DNA from: Ramlibacter sp.
Lineage (GTDB): Bacteria; Pseudomonadota; Gammaproteobacteria; Burkholderiales; Burkholderiaceae_C
Assembly: GCA_035460205.1 (NCBI GenBank)
Contig: DATHWV010000066.1
Span: 33,411-97,410, forward strand
Direction: 5' to 3'
Length of the DNA stretch: 64,000 nt
The position numbers and the translations under genes were made by a program. Below are positions 1 through 10,473 of the stretch, piece by piece; the first letter of the stretch is position 1, and the number at the start of each line of letters is the position of its first letter. The notes under the pieces are model-generated. The model did not search any database and had not been told where the DNA came from. It was given only the letters and a program-made list of their open reading frames with translations.

Positions 1-1647
1 GCGCAGCAGATCAGCAACATCGAATGGTCGCGCCTGATCGCCGCACTGCCGGCGCAGGCCGAGGACCTGGCCAGGACCGAGGGCTACTTCTCGGCCAATG
101 CCGTCGTCACGCGCGAGCCGGAAGCCGCGGGCCAACCCCCCAGGATCACCCTCAACGTGGACACCGGCCCGCGCGCGCGGGTCGGCCGGGTGACGCTGGA
201 AGTGCAAGGCCCGCTGGCAGAGCAGGCCGAAGCCGGCACGGCCGGGGCAGCCGAGGCGCAACAGGTGCGCGACGCGCTCAAGCGCGACTGGGCGCTGGCG
301 ACCGATGCCGAATTCAGCGCAGACGCCTGGACCGATGCCAAGAACAGCACGCTGGCCCAGCTGCGTGCCGCCGGCTATGCCGCGGCCAGCTGGAGCGGCA
401 CGGCGGCGGAAGTCGACGAAGGCGAGCACCGCGTGCGCCTGTTCGTCGTGGCCGACAGCGGCCCGCTTTACCGCGCCGGCGACTTCGAGATCAGCGGCCT
501 GGTCCACCACCAGCCCGAGCAGGTGCGTGGCATGGCGGGCTTCCCGCGCGGCGCCACCTTGACCGAAAACCGGCTGCAGGAATTCCAGGAACGGCTGAGC
601 AAGGCAGGGCTGTTCGACCAGGTCACCGTGACCATGGACCCGGATCCGGCGCAGGCCGACCACGCCACCGTGCAGGTGCACCTGAAGGAAACGCCGCTGC
701 AGTCGGCCGTCACCGCCTTGGGCGTCAGCGCCACCAGCGGGCCGCGCACCACGCTGGAATACACCCACCGCCGCGTGTTCGGCTTTGCCCTCACCTCACG
801 CAACAAGCTCGAATGGGGCCGCAACCGGCAGGCCTACGACGGCGAAGTCTCGACCCATCCGGACGAACGCTTCAGCCGCGACCTGGTGGGCGCTTCGGTC
901 GAGCGCCTGTGGACCGACGACGACATGGTGCTGTCGCAACGGCTGCGCCTGGGCCGCTCGCTGGAAAAGCCGAAGTTCGACCGCTTGAACTATGTCGAAG
1001 CAGAGCGCGCGGTCGAATGCGTGCGCGACAGCGGCGTGCTGATCGACTGCGACAAGCTGGCCGCCCTGTCGGCCAACACCCACAACACCTGGCGCGAGGT
1101 CGACAACGTGCTGCTGCCCACCGAGGGCTACACGCTGGCCACCGAGTTCGGCGGCGGCCTGGCCGATGGCAGCGCCAGCAAGCGCGGCGTGTTCGCCCGC
1201 GCCTACGGCCGTGCCACCGGCTACTGGCCGGTGGGCAGCTGGTACACCCAGGCCAGGCTGGAACTCGGCAAGGTCTTCACGCCGGCCGGCGTGCAGGTGC
1301 CGGACTCGCAACGCTTCCGTGCCGGTGGCGACAATTCGGTGCGCGGCTACCCCTGGCGCACCCTGGCCCCGGCCACGGCAGACGGCGGCGTGACTGGCGG
1401 TCGCCTGCTCTTCACCTCCAGCGTCGAAGCCGCGCATCCCATCGTCGCCTCGCTGCCCTCGGTCTGGGGCGCGGTGTTCATCGACGCAGGCCGCGCCGCC
1501 GACCAGTTGCCCGCGCTCAAACCCGCGCTGGGCTATGGCCTGGGCGTGCGCTGGCGCAGCCCCGTCGGCCCGCTGAGCCTGGACTGGGCCTGGGGCCAGG
1601 AACTGCACCGCGGCCGCATCCACCTGAACGTTGGCGTGGCCTTCTGA
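1..1647 (+). CDS. tamA: Translocation and assembly module outer-membrane subunit TamA (Omp85 family), 5'-truncated by the window
   Basis: Frame 1 is open from base 1. POTRA-like N-terminal part, Omp85 loop motif RFRAGGDNSVRGY, GLGVRWRSPVGP, and terminal aromatic residue (NVGVAF). Directly upstream of a TamB-like gene. Confidence 0.92.
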   Translation, partial: AQQISNIEWSRLIAALPAQAEDLARTEGYFSANAVVTREPEAAGQPPRITLNVDTGPRARVGRVTLEVQGPLAEQAEAGTAGAAEAQQVRDALKRDWALATDAEFSADAWTDAKNSTLAQLRAAGYAAASWSGTAAEVDEGEHRVRLFVVADSGPLYRAGDFEISGLVHHQPEQVRGMAGFPRGATLTENRLQEFQERLSKAGLFDQVTVTMDPDPAQADHATVQVHLKETPLQSAVTALGVSATSGPRTTLEYTHRRVFGFALTSRNKLEWGRNRQAYDGEVSTHPDERFSRDLVGASVERLWTDDDMVLSQRLRLGRSLEKPKFDRLNYVEAERAVECVRDSGVLIDCDKLAALSANTHNTWREVDNVLLPTEGYTLATEFGGGLADGSASKRGVFARAYGRATGYWPVGSWYTQARLELGKVFTPAGVQVPDSQRFRAGGDNSVRGYPWRTLAPATADGGVTGGRLLFTSSVEAAHPIVASLPSVWGAVFIDAGRAADQLPALKPALGYGLGVRWRSPVGPLSLDWAWGQELHRGRIHLNVGVAF

Positions 1648-1660
1648 GCCCCTGCATTGC

Positions 1661-4600
1661 ATGTCCGACTCACCAAGCACTGAAAACGACACCGCGCCCG
1701 CTGCGCCCACGCGTGCGCAGCGGCGCTGGCTGCGGCGCCTGGCCTGGTCGCTGGGCGCGTTGTTGCTGGCGCTGGTCGTGCTGGTGGGTGGCGGCGTGGG
1801 CTGGTTGTGGCGCAGCGAGCCCGGCACCCACTGGCTGCTGACCCAGGTGCCCGGCCTGAAGCTGGACAACTGGCGCGGCGCGCTGGGCGGTGATGCGCTC
1901 ACCGCCGATCGCCTCACGCTGACGCTGGGCGCCGGCGAGCTGGTGATGGAGCAGGTCTCGCTGGACGGCCTGCGCTGGACCTGGCGGCCGGACCCGCAGG
2001 CCTGGGCCGGCATTGCGATGAATCACCTCAGCGCCCGCAGCGCCCGGTGGCACTCGAAAGCCAGCCCCGCGCCGGCCACGCCCAGCGCCCCCCCCCCGCA
2101 CCTGCGGCTGCCAATCCAGCTGCGGGTGGACGAACTGCGCGTGGCCGGCCTGCAGGTCGACTCCCTGCCCCTGATGCGCAACCTGCAGGCCAACCTGCAC
2201 CTGGGCGCCAAGGGCGGCAGCCAGCACCAGATCGCCATCAGCCAGCTCGACACCGACCGTTTCCAGCTCAGCGGCGCCGCCAGCCTGCTGACCGAAGGCA
2301 CGATGGCGCTGCAGTCCCAGCTGGCGCTGCACAGCCCACCCGGCACCAGCCCGGCCTGGCAGGCCAAGCTGACGGCGCGCGGCCCGCTGGCCGACCTGGC
2401 CGCCGAGGCCGAACTGCAAGGCCAACCGGCCGCTGGCAAGCCCGCCCCCAGCGTGCAGCTGCAGACCCGGCTGCAGCCGTTTGCCCCCTGGCCGCTGGGC
2501 GAGCTGAACCTGAAGACCGAGGCACTGGACCTGGCAGCGCTGCTCAGCGACGCGCCGCACACCGCCTTGCGCGGCAGCGCCACCTTGCACAGCAGCGGGC
2601 TGAGCCAGCCGGCCCAGGCCGAATTGAACCTGCACAACGACCAGCCCGGCCGCTGGGACGAACAACGCCTGCCGGTGCGTGAACTGAGCCTGAGCGCCAC
2701 CGGCACGCCTCAACCGCTGAGCGAGCTGCGGCTGACGCAGCTGAACATCGAATGGGCCAGCGGCCCCGGCAGCCAGGCCGGCGCCGGCCGCTGGACCGGC
2801 GATGGCCGGTACCTGGTCGACGCCAAGGCCGGCAGCGCCCGCGCCGAGCTGGCGCTGAAACTGCAGCAATGGCAGCCCGCCGCGCTGGACAAGCGCTTGC
2901 CAGCGCTGCTGCTGAGCGGCCCGATCGAGCTCGCGCTCGCGCCGGTGCCGGCGCCCGGCGCTGCTGCCGAACCAGCCTCGGCCGCGTCGTCGCCAAGCCC
3001 GCTGCCAGCCGCCGATCCTGTGCTGTCGGTGCTCGCCAAGCTGACCGGCCAGTTGCAAGGCCGCCAGGGCCCGCCGGGGCAAGGCCGTGGCAACCCGACG
3101 CCCCCGGTTTCGCTGCAGCTCGACACCCAGCTCTCCACCCACCAGGCACTGATCAACACGCTGGAGCTGAAGGCCGATGCGGCGTCCGCCTCGCTGAAGG
3201 GCCGCATCGAGCGCAGCGCGGACGCCCGTCTGCGCTGGCAGCTCGCCGGCCAGTTGCAGGCGCTGGACCTTCGCGTGTGGTTGCCAGGTGCTGCCGGCAG
3301 CACCTGGCAGCAGGCGCCACAGCAGCTCAATGCCAGCCTGGACAGCGAGGCCAGCCTGCCGGAGAGCGCGTTGCCGGCTGCGGCGCAAGACCCCAGCGTG
3401 CTCTGGCGCACGCTGCGCGGCCAGCTGGCGCTGAAGCTCGCGCCCAGCACCTTCGCCGGCCTGCCACTGCAAGGCAGCCTGCAGCTGAAGAACGACGACA
3501 AGCAACAGCAGGCCGACGCGGAGCTGCTGGCCGACGACGCGAAGCTTCAAGCCAGCTGGCATGACGACCCCGGCAGCGACGGCCGCGGCAGCCTGTCGCT
3601 GAAAGCACCTCACCTGGCCACGCTGGCACCACTGGCCAGGCTGCAGGCCGCCGCCAGTGCATGGGCGCCCAGCGCCGGTGGGCTGGACCTGCAACTGGGC
3701 CTGCAGGAAACCACCGGCAAGCCGGACCACTGGCAATGGCGCGCCGATGGCACGGTGTCCGCCCTGCAGGCCGGCGCGCTGAAGCTGGACAAGGCGCAAC
3801 TGCACGGCAAGGGCGACGTGGGCGGCGACTGGCCGCTGGACCTGCAGCTCGACGGCAGCCAGCTCATCGTCGGCCAGGTCAAGCTGAACCAGCTCAAGGC
3901 CTCGCTGGCCGGCGGCCTCGCGCAACACCAGTTGCAGTTGGCGCTGGACAGCCCCGTGCAGCCGCCCAACTGGCTGCAGCAGCTGGCCGCCACCGGCCAC
4001 AAGCCTGGCGCCAAGCTGCAGTTGCAACTGGCCGGCCACTACGCACGCACTCCGCAAGGCAGCGCCGACTGGACCGGCCAGCTGAGCCAGCTGCAGCTGC
4101 GTGGCGTGCAGAGCAACAGCCAGGACTGGTTCGGCGCACGCGAGCTCAGCGCGCAACTGCACTGGGAGCCGGACGGCCGGCTCAGCCAGGCCGCGCTGTT
4201 GCCCGGCGAGCTCTCGCTGCTGGGCACCGCGCTGCAATGGAGCGAAGCCCGCTTCAGCCAGCCCGCGGCCGACCGGCCTCCACTGCTGGCGCTGCAGGCC
4301 AAGCTGAAGGAGACCAGCGTCGCCCCGCTGCTGCAGCGGCTGCAGCCGGATGCCGTGTGGGCTGGCGACCTGAAGCTGGGCGGCCAGCTGCAGCTGCGCT
4401 ACGACGGCAAGCTGGAGGCTGAAGCCGTGGTCGAGCGCCTGAGCGGCGATCTGGCGTTGGACGAGGACGGGCTGCTGTCCACCGCGCGCCAGTTGCCGCT
4501 GGGCTTGACCGACCTGCGGCTGAGCCTGAAGGCCCACGACGGCAGCTGGCAGTTCACCCAGGCGCTGGCCGGCCAGTACCTCGGTGCGCTGGGCGCGGCG

Positions 4601-5929
4601 CTGTCCATCCAGGCCGCACCGGACCAGCTGTGGCCAGCCACCGGCTCGCCGATGCAGGGCACGCTGACGCTGCAGGTCACCAAGCTCAGCGCCTGGGCAC
4701 CGTGGATGCCGGCCGGGTGGCGCCTGGGCGGCGAGCTGGCCAGCTCGGCCAAGATCGCCGGCACGCTGGGCGCACCGGAAATCGCCGGCGAACTGACCGG
4801 CCAGCGCCTGAGCCTGCAGAACCCGCTGCTGGGCGTGTCGCTCACCAACGGTCAGGCCAGGCTGCTGCTCGAGGGCCAACGCGCCCGGCTGGAGCAGTTG
4901 GCCTTCAAGGGCGGTGACGGCAGCATCAGCGCCACCGGCACCGCGGAACTGGGTGCCAAACCTTCAGCGAAGGTGAGCATTGAGGCCCAGAAGTTCAAGG
5001 CACTGGGCCGCATCGACCGCACCATCGTCGCCAGCGGCCAGGCCCAGCTCGGGCTGGACAAGGACACGCTGAGCCTGAACGGCAACGTCACGCTGGACGA
5101 AGGCCTGATCGACATCAGCCGCGGCGATGGCCCCACGCTGCCCGAAGACGTGGTGATGGCCAGGACCGAAGCCGAGGAAGCCGCACAGGACGACAAGGCC
5201 AACGGCCAGAGTCAGCGTGTCACCCAGCTGGCGCTGCAGCTGGACCTGGGCCAGAAACTGCGGCTGCGCGGCAAGGGCATCGACACCGGGCTGCAAGGCG
5301 CGCTGAAAATCACCAACCCGCGCGGCAAGCTGGCGGTGGTGGGCACCGTGCGCACCGCCGGTGGCAACTACGCCGCCTACGGCCAGAAGCTGTCGATCGA
5401 ACGCGGCAGCATCCTGTTCAACGGCCCGGTCGACGACCCGCGGCTGGACATCTACGCCATCCGTCCGAACCTCGATGTGCAGGTCGGCGTGCTGATCACC
5501 GGCACCGCGCTGAACCCGCGCGTGCGCCTGGCCAGCGACACCGAGATGAGCGACACCGACAAGCTCAGCTGGCTGGTCATGGGCCGCGCTCCGGAAGGGT
5601 TGGGCCAAGCCGACACCGCCATGCTGCAGCGCGCCGCGCTCGCACTGCTGATGGGCAACAGCGGCAGCCCGACCGACAACATCCTCGAAAACATCGGCCT
5701 GAGCGACTTCTCCCTGCGCCAGGCCGCCGACGCCAACAACGTGCAGACCACCGTCGTCACCGTCGGCAAACAACTCACGCGGCGCTGGTACGTCGGCTAC
5801 GAACGCGGCGTCAACGCCGCCGCCGGCACCTGGCAGCTGATCTACCGCATCGCGCAGCGGTTCACGTTGCGTGCGCAGTCAGGTGAAGACAGCGCCCTTG
5901 ATGCCATCTGGACCTGGCGCTGGGACTAG
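1661..5929 (+). CDS. tamB: Translocation and assembly module inner-membrane subunit TamB (AsmA-like, C-terminal DUF490)
   Basis: About 1420 aa with a single N-terminal TM helix, a long beta-rich body and a DUF490-like end (YAAYGQKLSIERG..FNGPVDDPRLDI, LIYRIAQRFTLRAQSG). ATG at 1661. Confidence 0.9.
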   Translation: MSDSPSTENDTAPAAPTRAQRRWLRRLAWSLGALLLALVVLVGGGVGWLWRSEPGTHWLLTQVPGLKLDNWRGALGGDALTADRLTLTLGAGELVMEQVSLDGLRWTWRPDPQAWAGIAMNHLSARSARWHSKASPAPATPSAPPPHLRLPIQLRVDELRVAGLQVDSLPLMRNLQANLHLGAKGGSQHQIAISQLDTDRFQLSGAASLLTEGTMALQSQLALHSPPGTSPAWQAKLTARGPLADLAAEAELQGQPAAGKPAPSVQLQTRLQPFAPWPLGELNLKTEALDLAALLSDAPHTALRGSATLHSSGLSQPAQAELNLHNDQPGRWDEQRLPVRELSLSATGTPQPLSELRLTQLNIEWASGPGSQAGAGRWTGDGRYLVDAKAGSARAELALKLQQWQPAALDKRLPALLLSGPIELALAPVPAPGAAAEPASAASSPSPLPAADPVLSVLAKLTGQLQGRQGPPGQGRGNPTPPVSLQLDTQLSTHQALINTLELKADAASASLKGRIERSADARLRWQLAGQLQALDLRVWLPGAAGSTWQQAPQQLNASLDSEASLPESALPAAAQDPSVLWRTLRGQLALKLAPSTFAGLPLQGSLQLKNDDKQQQADAELLADDAKLQASWHDDPGSDGRGSLSLKAPHLATLAPLARLQAAASAWAPSAGGLDLQLGLQETTGKPDHWQWRADGTVSALQAGALKLDKAQLHGKGDVGGDWPLDLQLDGSQLIVGQVKLNQLKASLAGGLAQHQLQLALDSPVQPPNWLQQLAATGHKPGAKLQLQLAGHYARTPQGSADWTGQLSQLQLRGVQSNSQDWFGARELSAQLHWEPDGRLSQAALLPGELSLLGTALQWSEARFSQPAADRPPLLALQAKLKETSVAPLLQRLQPDAVWAGDLKLGGQLQLRYDGKLEAEAVVERLSGDLALDEDGLLSTARQLPLGLTDLRLSLKAHDGSWQFTQALAGQYLGALGAALSIQAAPDQLWPATGSPMQGTLTLQVTKLSAWAPWMPAGWRLGGELASSAKIAGTLGAPEIAGELTGQRLSLQNPLLGVSLTNGQARLLLEGQRARLEQLAFKGGDGSISATGTAELGAKPSAKVSIEAQKFKALGRIDRTIVASGQAQLGLDKDTLSLNGNVTLDEGLIDISRGDGPTLPEDVVMARTEAEEAAQDDKANGQSQRVTQLALQLDLGQKLRLRGKGIDTGLQGALKITNPRGKLAVVGTVRTAGGNYAAYGQKLSIERGSILFNGPVDDPRLDIYAIRPNLDVQVGVLITGTALNPRVRLASDTEMSDTDKLSWLVMGRAPEGLGQADTAMLQRAALALLMGNSGSPTDNILENIGLSDFSLRQAADANNVQTTVVTVGKQLTRRWYVGYERGVNAAAGTWQLIYRIAQRFTLRAQSGEDSALDAIWTWRWD

Positions 5930-5939
5930 CGGGGACATC

Positions 5940-6602
5940 GTGTCCAAGCCCGAGTCGACACCGTTCAGTGACACGGAAGGCGTGGTCAAGGCGCTGGGCG
6001 AAGACATCATCTTCGGCCACCTGCCGCCGGGCAGCCGGCTGATCGAAGACCCGCTGATGGCGCGCTTCGGCGTGACGCGGCACGGCGTGCGGCAGGCGCT
6101 GGCCGAGCTGGAACGCATCGGCATCGTGGTGCGCGAAAAGAACAAGGGGGCAAGCGTGCGGGCGCTGGCGCCGGCCGAGGTGCGGCAGATCTACGAGGTG
6201 CGCGAGCTGCTGCAACGGCAGGCCGCGCTGCACATTCCGCTGCCCGCGGACGGCGCACTGGTCGAGGCGCTGGAGGCCTTGCATGCGCAGTTCCTGCAGC
6301 ACTTGCAGGCGCGTGACTTCAGCGCGCTGCACCGCGTCAACGACGCCTTCCACCTGACCCTGTTCGGTGGCTGCGGCAACCCGTACCTGGTGGCCTCGAT
6401 CCGCCACTACATGGGCCTGAGCCTGCCGGTGCGGGCCCAGCGCACCGCCGCGGCGGGCCATTCGGAAGCAGCGGCAGACGCGCACCTGGCGATGATCCAG
6501 TTGCTCAAGGGCAGTGACAACGCGGCGCTCGCCGAGCTGTGCGTGGCGCACTTGCAGCTGGCGAAACTCGATTACCTGCAGGGAGCCGATCACCAGAGGT
6601 GA
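5940..6602 (+). CDS. GntR-family (FadR/FCD) transcriptional regulator
   Basis: wHTH segment LPPGSRLIEDPLMARFGVTRHGVRQALAELE and FCD segment IYEVRELL...NDAFH...H. GTG start at 5940 chosen; the ORF is open from 5871. Confidence 0.88.
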   Translation: MSKPESTPFSDTEGVVKALGEDIIFGHLPPGSRLIEDPLMARFGVTRHGVRQALAELERIGIVVREKNKGASVRALAPAEVRQIYEVRELLQRQAALHIPLPADGALVEALEALHAQFLQHLQARDFSALHRVNDAFHLTLFGGCGNPYLVASIRHYMGLSLPVRAQRTAAAGHSEAAADAHLAMIQLLKGSDNAALAELCVAHLQLAKLDYLQGADHQR

Positions 6603-7573
6603 TGCACCTGCGGCTTGGCGTATTTCTCGTAGATGCGGGTGACTGCCTGCATCGCCGCATCCGGCAGCGGCGGCAGATCAGCAGCCCGCACGTTGTCTTC
6701 GACCTGGGATGGCCGGCGGCCACCCGGGATGGCGCAGGTCACCGCCTGCTGCATCAGGATCCAGCGCAACGCGAATTGCGCCAGCGTCTGCCCGGCCGGC
6801 ACCAGCGGCCGCAAGGCTTCGACCGCCGCCAGCCCGCTGTCGAAGTCCAGCCCCGAGAAGGTCTCGCCCTTGTCGAAGGCCGCGCCTTCGCGGTTGAAGC
6901 TGCGGTGGTCGTCGGCCGCGAATTGCGTCTGGCGTGTCACGCCGCCCGACAGCAGGCCGGACGACAGCGGCACCCGCGCCAGGATGCCGACGCGGCGCGC
7001 CAGCGTCTCGCGGAACAGCAGCTCGGCCGGGCGCTGGCGGAAGATGTTGTAGATGATCTGCACCGCCTGCACGCCGGGGAATTCGATGGCCTTCAGCGCC
7101 TCTTCGACCTTCTCGACGCTGACACCGTAGTGGCGCAGTTTGCCCGCGCGCACCAGGTCGTCCAGCACGCCAAAGACCTCGGGCAGGTAGTAGACCGGCG
7201 TTGGCGGGCAGTGCAGCTGCAGCAGGTCGATGGCCTCGGCGTTCAGGTTGCGCAGGCTGCGTTCGACAAACGCCGTCAGGTTCTCCCGGTTGTAGCCCTC
7301 GGTCACATGCGGGCTGAGCCGGCGGCCGGCCTTGGTGGCGACGTAGAAGGGCTCGCTGCGCTCCTGGCGCAGCCGGGCGATCAAACGCTCGCTGTGGCCA
7401 TCGCCGTACACGTCCGCGGTATCGAAGAAGTTGATGCCCAGGTCGAGTGCGCGGTGCAGCGCCGCCATCGATTCGTCGTCGTTCACCTCGCCCCAGGTGC
7501 CGCCAATGGCCCAGGCGCCAAAGCTGATGGTCGACACCTGCCAGCCGGTACGGCCGAGTTCGCGGTATTGCAT
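6590..7573 (-). CDS. Aldo/keto reductase (NADPH-dependent oxidoreductase)
   Basis: MQYRELGRTG..VSTISFG, GINFFDTADVYGDGHSE, ATK, SLRNL..IDLLQLH. GGAG RBS upstream of the ATG at 7573. Confidence 0.93.
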   Translation of the reverse strand: MQYRELGRTGWQVSTISFGAWAIGGTWGEVNDDESMAALHRALDLGINFFDTADVYGDGHSERLIARLRQERSEPFYVATKAGRRLSPHVTEGYNRENLTAFVERSLRNLNAEAIDLLQLHCPPTPVYYLPEVFGVLDDLVRAGKLRHYGVSVEKVEEALKAIEFPGVQAVQIIYNIFRQRPAELLFRETLARRVGILARVPLSSGLLSGGVTRQTQFAADDHRSFNREGAAFDKGETFSGLDFDSGLAAVEALRPLVPAGQTLAQFALRWILMQQAVTCAIPGGRRPSQVEDNVRAADLPPLPDAAMQAVTRIYEKYAKPQVHHLW

Positions 7574-7600
7574 GGGACTGTCTCCAGAGTAGGGGATCTT

Positions 7601-7614
7601 GATTATCGATAATC
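7601..7614. promoter_or_regulatory. Perfect 14-bp palindrome GATTATCGATAATC, probable repressor operator upstream of the aldo/keto reductase
   Basis: AT-rich perfect inverted repeat in a GC-rich background, about 28 bp upstream of the AKR start codon. Confidence 0.6.
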
Positions 7615-7821
7615 TTAACTTGGCAGAGACATGGCCTGCTGATGCCACCGGGGACGCAGCGCAACGCCGCCCAGCTTTGAAGCGGGGATGCAATGAAGAC
7701 GGGGTTGAACGCGAGATGACGCGCTTGGCGGGGCGGAGAGCCCTTGATTTCGGCCGACATGCGCGCAAATGCCGGATGCGGACAGCGCCGGGCCGCATGC
7801 CGACTGGGTCGGCAGCCGAAA

Positions 7822-7896
7822 TGGTGGCCCCACCAGGAATCGAACCTGGATCTGCCCCTTAGGAGGGGGCTGTTCTATCCATTGAACCATGGAGCC
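7822..7896 (-). tRNA. tRNA-Arg (anticodon CCT)
   Basis: Reverse complement is GGCTCCATGGTTCAATGGATAGAACAGCCCCCTCCTAAGGGGCAGATCCAGGTTCGATTCCTGGTGGGGCCACCA. It forms a cloverleaf with anticodon arm GCCCC-CT-CCT-AA-GGGGC, T-loop GTTCGATTC and an encoded CCA. Confidence 0.97.
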
Positions 7897-8148
7897 GACC
7901 GGCGCGCATTGTGCCTCAGCTGCGCCACACTTCAGGACAGCACCGGGGCGCGCAGGCGACCAGCGGACGGCGGGATGGGCACGGCGCGGTGAAGGCAGGC
8001 TTGAAAAGCTGGCGCAGTGAGTGTTGGCTCACGCCAATAGCCTTCAAAAACAAGCAACTTTACGGCCAGTTCAAAGTCTTCCTGTGAGTGGCGAGTCCTA
8101 TACTGACCGCCTGGTCGAATGACTTCTAGTTTGAAAGCGGGACATCAC

Positions 8149-9579
8149 ATGGGTGCCAAATTGAAGGTGGCAGGTCTCCTCACGATGGGGGCGCTGGCTG
8201 GTGCATTGACGACCATTCAATTCCAGGCCGAGGCGCGCAACACCTACGGCCCGCTGCCGCTGGAGGAAATGCAGCAACTCGCCGCGGTGTTTGGCATGGT
8301 CAAGAACGACTACGTCGAACAGGTGGACGAGAAGAAGCTGATCACCGATGCCATCTCCGGCATGGTGGCCGGGCTGGACCCGCATTCCCAGTACTTCGAC
8401 AAGAAGAGCTTCAAGGAATTCCGCGAAGGCACAACCGGCAAGTTCGTCGGCGTGGGCATCGAGATCGGCATGGAAGACGGCCTGGTCAAGGTGGTCTCCC
8501 CGATCGAAGGCTCACCCGCCTTCCGCGCCGGGCTGAAGTCCGGCGACCTGATCACCAAGATCGACGACTCGGCCGTCAAGGGCCTGTCGATGGACCAGGC
8601 GGTCAAGCGCATGCGCGGCGAGCCGGCCACCAAGGTCATGCTGACGATTTTCCGCAAGAGCGAGAACCGCAGCTTCCCGGTCACGATCACCCGCGAGGAG
8701 ATCCGCGTGCAGAGCGTGCGGGCCAAGGAAGTGGAACCCGGCTACGCCTGGATCCGCGTGACCCAGTTCCAGGACCGCACGGTGGAAGACTTCTCGCGCA
8801 AGCTGGAAGACATCTACAAGCAGGACCCGAACATCAAGGGCGTGATCCTGGACCTGCGCAACGACCCGGGCGGCCTGCTCGAAGGCGCCGTGGCCATTGC
8901 CTCGGCCTTCCTGCCGTCTGACTCGGTGGTCGTCAGCACCAATGGCCAGATCGCCGAATCGAAGGCGACCTTCCGCGCCACGCCTGACAACTACCTGCGC
9001 CGCGGCGGCGCAGACCCGCTGAAGAAGCTGCCGGCCTCGCTGAAGACGGTGCCGATGGTCGTGCTGGTCAACGAAGGCTCGGCCTCGGCCAGCGAAATCG
9101 TCGCCGGCGCGCTGCAGGACCACAAGCGCGCCACACTGATGGGTGCGCAGACCTTCGGCAAGGGCTCGGTGCAGACCGTGCGCCCGCTGACCGCCGACAC
9201 CGCGTTGAAGATCACCACTGCGCGCTACTACACGCCCAGTGGCCGCTCGATCCAGGCCAAGGGCATCGTGCCGGACATCTGGCTGGATGAAACGGCCGAA
9301 GGCAATGTCTTCGCCGCGCTGCGCACCCGCGAAGCCGACCTGGAAAAGCACCTGGGCAATGGCGACGAAAAGGACGAAGCGCGCGAGAAGGCCCGCGAGG
9401 AAGCGCGCAAGAAGCTTGAAGAGCAGGTCGCCAAGTCCAAGGAACCGCCCAAGCCGCTGCCCGAGTTCGGCAGCGCCGAAGACTTCCAGCTGGTCCAGGC
9501 CCTGAACCAGCTCAAGGGCAAGCAAGTCATGGTCAGCAAGTCCATGACCGAGCGCAAGGCCGAGGCCGCGACCGAATAA
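8149..9579 (+). CDS. ctpA: Carboxy-terminal processing protease, peptidase S41A with PDZ domain
   Basis: LDPHSQY, GVGIEI (PDZ), ILDLRNDPGGLL, catalytic SASASEIVAGALQD, TFGKGSVQ. N-terminal signal/anchor. Confidence 0.95.
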   Translation: MGAKLKVAGLLTMGALAGALTTIQFQAEARNTYGPLPLEEMQQLAAVFGMVKNDYVEQVDEKKLITDAISGMVAGLDPHSQYFDKKSFKEFREGTTGKFVGVGIEIGMEDGLVKVVSPIEGSPAFRAGLKSGDLITKIDDSAVKGLSMDQAVKRMRGEPATKVMLTIFRKSENRSFPVTITREEIRVQSVRAKEVEPGYAWIRVTQFQDRTVEDFSRKLEDIYKQDPNIKGVILDLRNDPGGLLEGAVAIASAFLPSDSVVVSTNGQIAESKATFRATPDNYLRRGGADPLKKLPASLKTVPMVVLVNEGSASASEIVAGALQDHKRATLMGAQTFGKGSVQTVRPLTADTALKITTARYYTPSGRSIQAKGIVPDIWLDETAEGNVFAALRTREADLEKHLGNGDEKDEAREKAREEARKKLEEQVAKSKEPPKPLPEFGSAEDFQLVQALNQLKGKQVMVSKSMTERKAEAATE

Positions 9580-9598
9580 GCGCGCTGCAAGCCACCCG

Positions 9599-9644
9599 AG
9601 GCGAAGCCGGCGGCCCTTGTGCCACCGCTTCGCCTTTGTTGTTT
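9599..9644 (+). terminator. Intrinsic terminator after ctpA
   Basis: AGGCGAAGC...GCTTCGCCT stem followed by TTGTTGTTT. Confidence 0.65.
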
Positions 9645-9669
9645 CCGACCCTGCCGGTTGGCCTGAAGA

Positions 9670-10473
9670 ATGACGCAAGACCACGGCCTGAATGACGGCG
9701 CAGACGATGGCCTGAGCGACGACGCGCTGCTGCGCTACTCGCGCCACCTGCTGCTCGACGAGATCGGCATCGAAGGCCAGCGCCGGCTGCTGGCCTCGCA
9801 TGCACTGGTGATCGGCGCTGGCGGACTGGGCTCGCCGGTTGCGCTGTACCTGGGCTCGGCCGGCGTCGGGCGTTTGACCCTGGTCGATGCCGACACGGTG
9901 GACACCACCAACCTGCAGCGCCAGATCGCCCACAGCCAGGCCCGCGTCGGCCAGTTGAAAGTTGAATCCGCCCGCGAAGCCGTGCTGGCCTTGAACCCCG
10001 GTGCCCAGGTCACCGCCGTGGCGCTGCGTGCCGATGCCGGGTGGCTGGACGCCGCTGTGGCCGAAGCGGACGTGGTGCTGGACTGCAGCGACAACTTCGC
10101 CACGCGCCATGCGATCAACCTCGCCTGCGTGCACCACGGCAAGCCGCTGGTGTCCGGCGCCGCCATCGGTTTCGACGGCCAGGTCTCGGTCTACGACCCG
10201 CGCCTGCCCGCCTCTTCCTGCTACGCCTGCCTGTTCCCGCCCGACAGCGCGCCCGACGAAGCCCGCTGCGCCACGATGGGCGTGTTTGCACCGCTGGTGG
10301 GCATCATCGGCAGCATGCAGGCCGCGGAAGCCTTGAAGCTGCTGGCCGGCATCGGCACCAGCCTCGCCGGCCGGCTGCAGATGCTGGACGCGCGCCGCAT
10401 GGCCTGGAGCGAGATCCGGCTCGCGCGCCAGGCTGGCTGCCCGGTCTGCAACCCTGGCCCCGCGCCGGGTTAA
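9670..10473 (+). CDS. HesA/MoeB/ThiF-family adenylyltransferase
   Basis: RYSRHLLL, GAGGLG, NLQRQI, DCSDNF, and two CxxC zinc motifs (CYAC, CPVC). Confidence 0.93.
   Translation: MTQDHGLNDGADDGLSDDALLRYSRHLLLDEIGIEGQRRLLASHALVIGAGGLGSPVALYLGSAGVGRLTLVDADTVDTTNLQRQIAHSQARVGQLKVESAREAVLALNPGAQVTAVALRADAGWLDAAVAEADVVLDCSDNFATRHAINLACVHHGKPLVSGAAIGFDGQVSVYDPRLPASSCYACLFPPDSAPDEARCATMGVFAPLVGIIGSMQAAEALKLLAGIGTSLAGRLQMLDARRMAWSEIRLARQAGCPVCNPGPAPG

Noticed and set aside
5930-7896. Integrative element at tRNA-Arg
   Set aside because: No integrase and no duplicated tRNA 3' end (att site) found by eye in the window.
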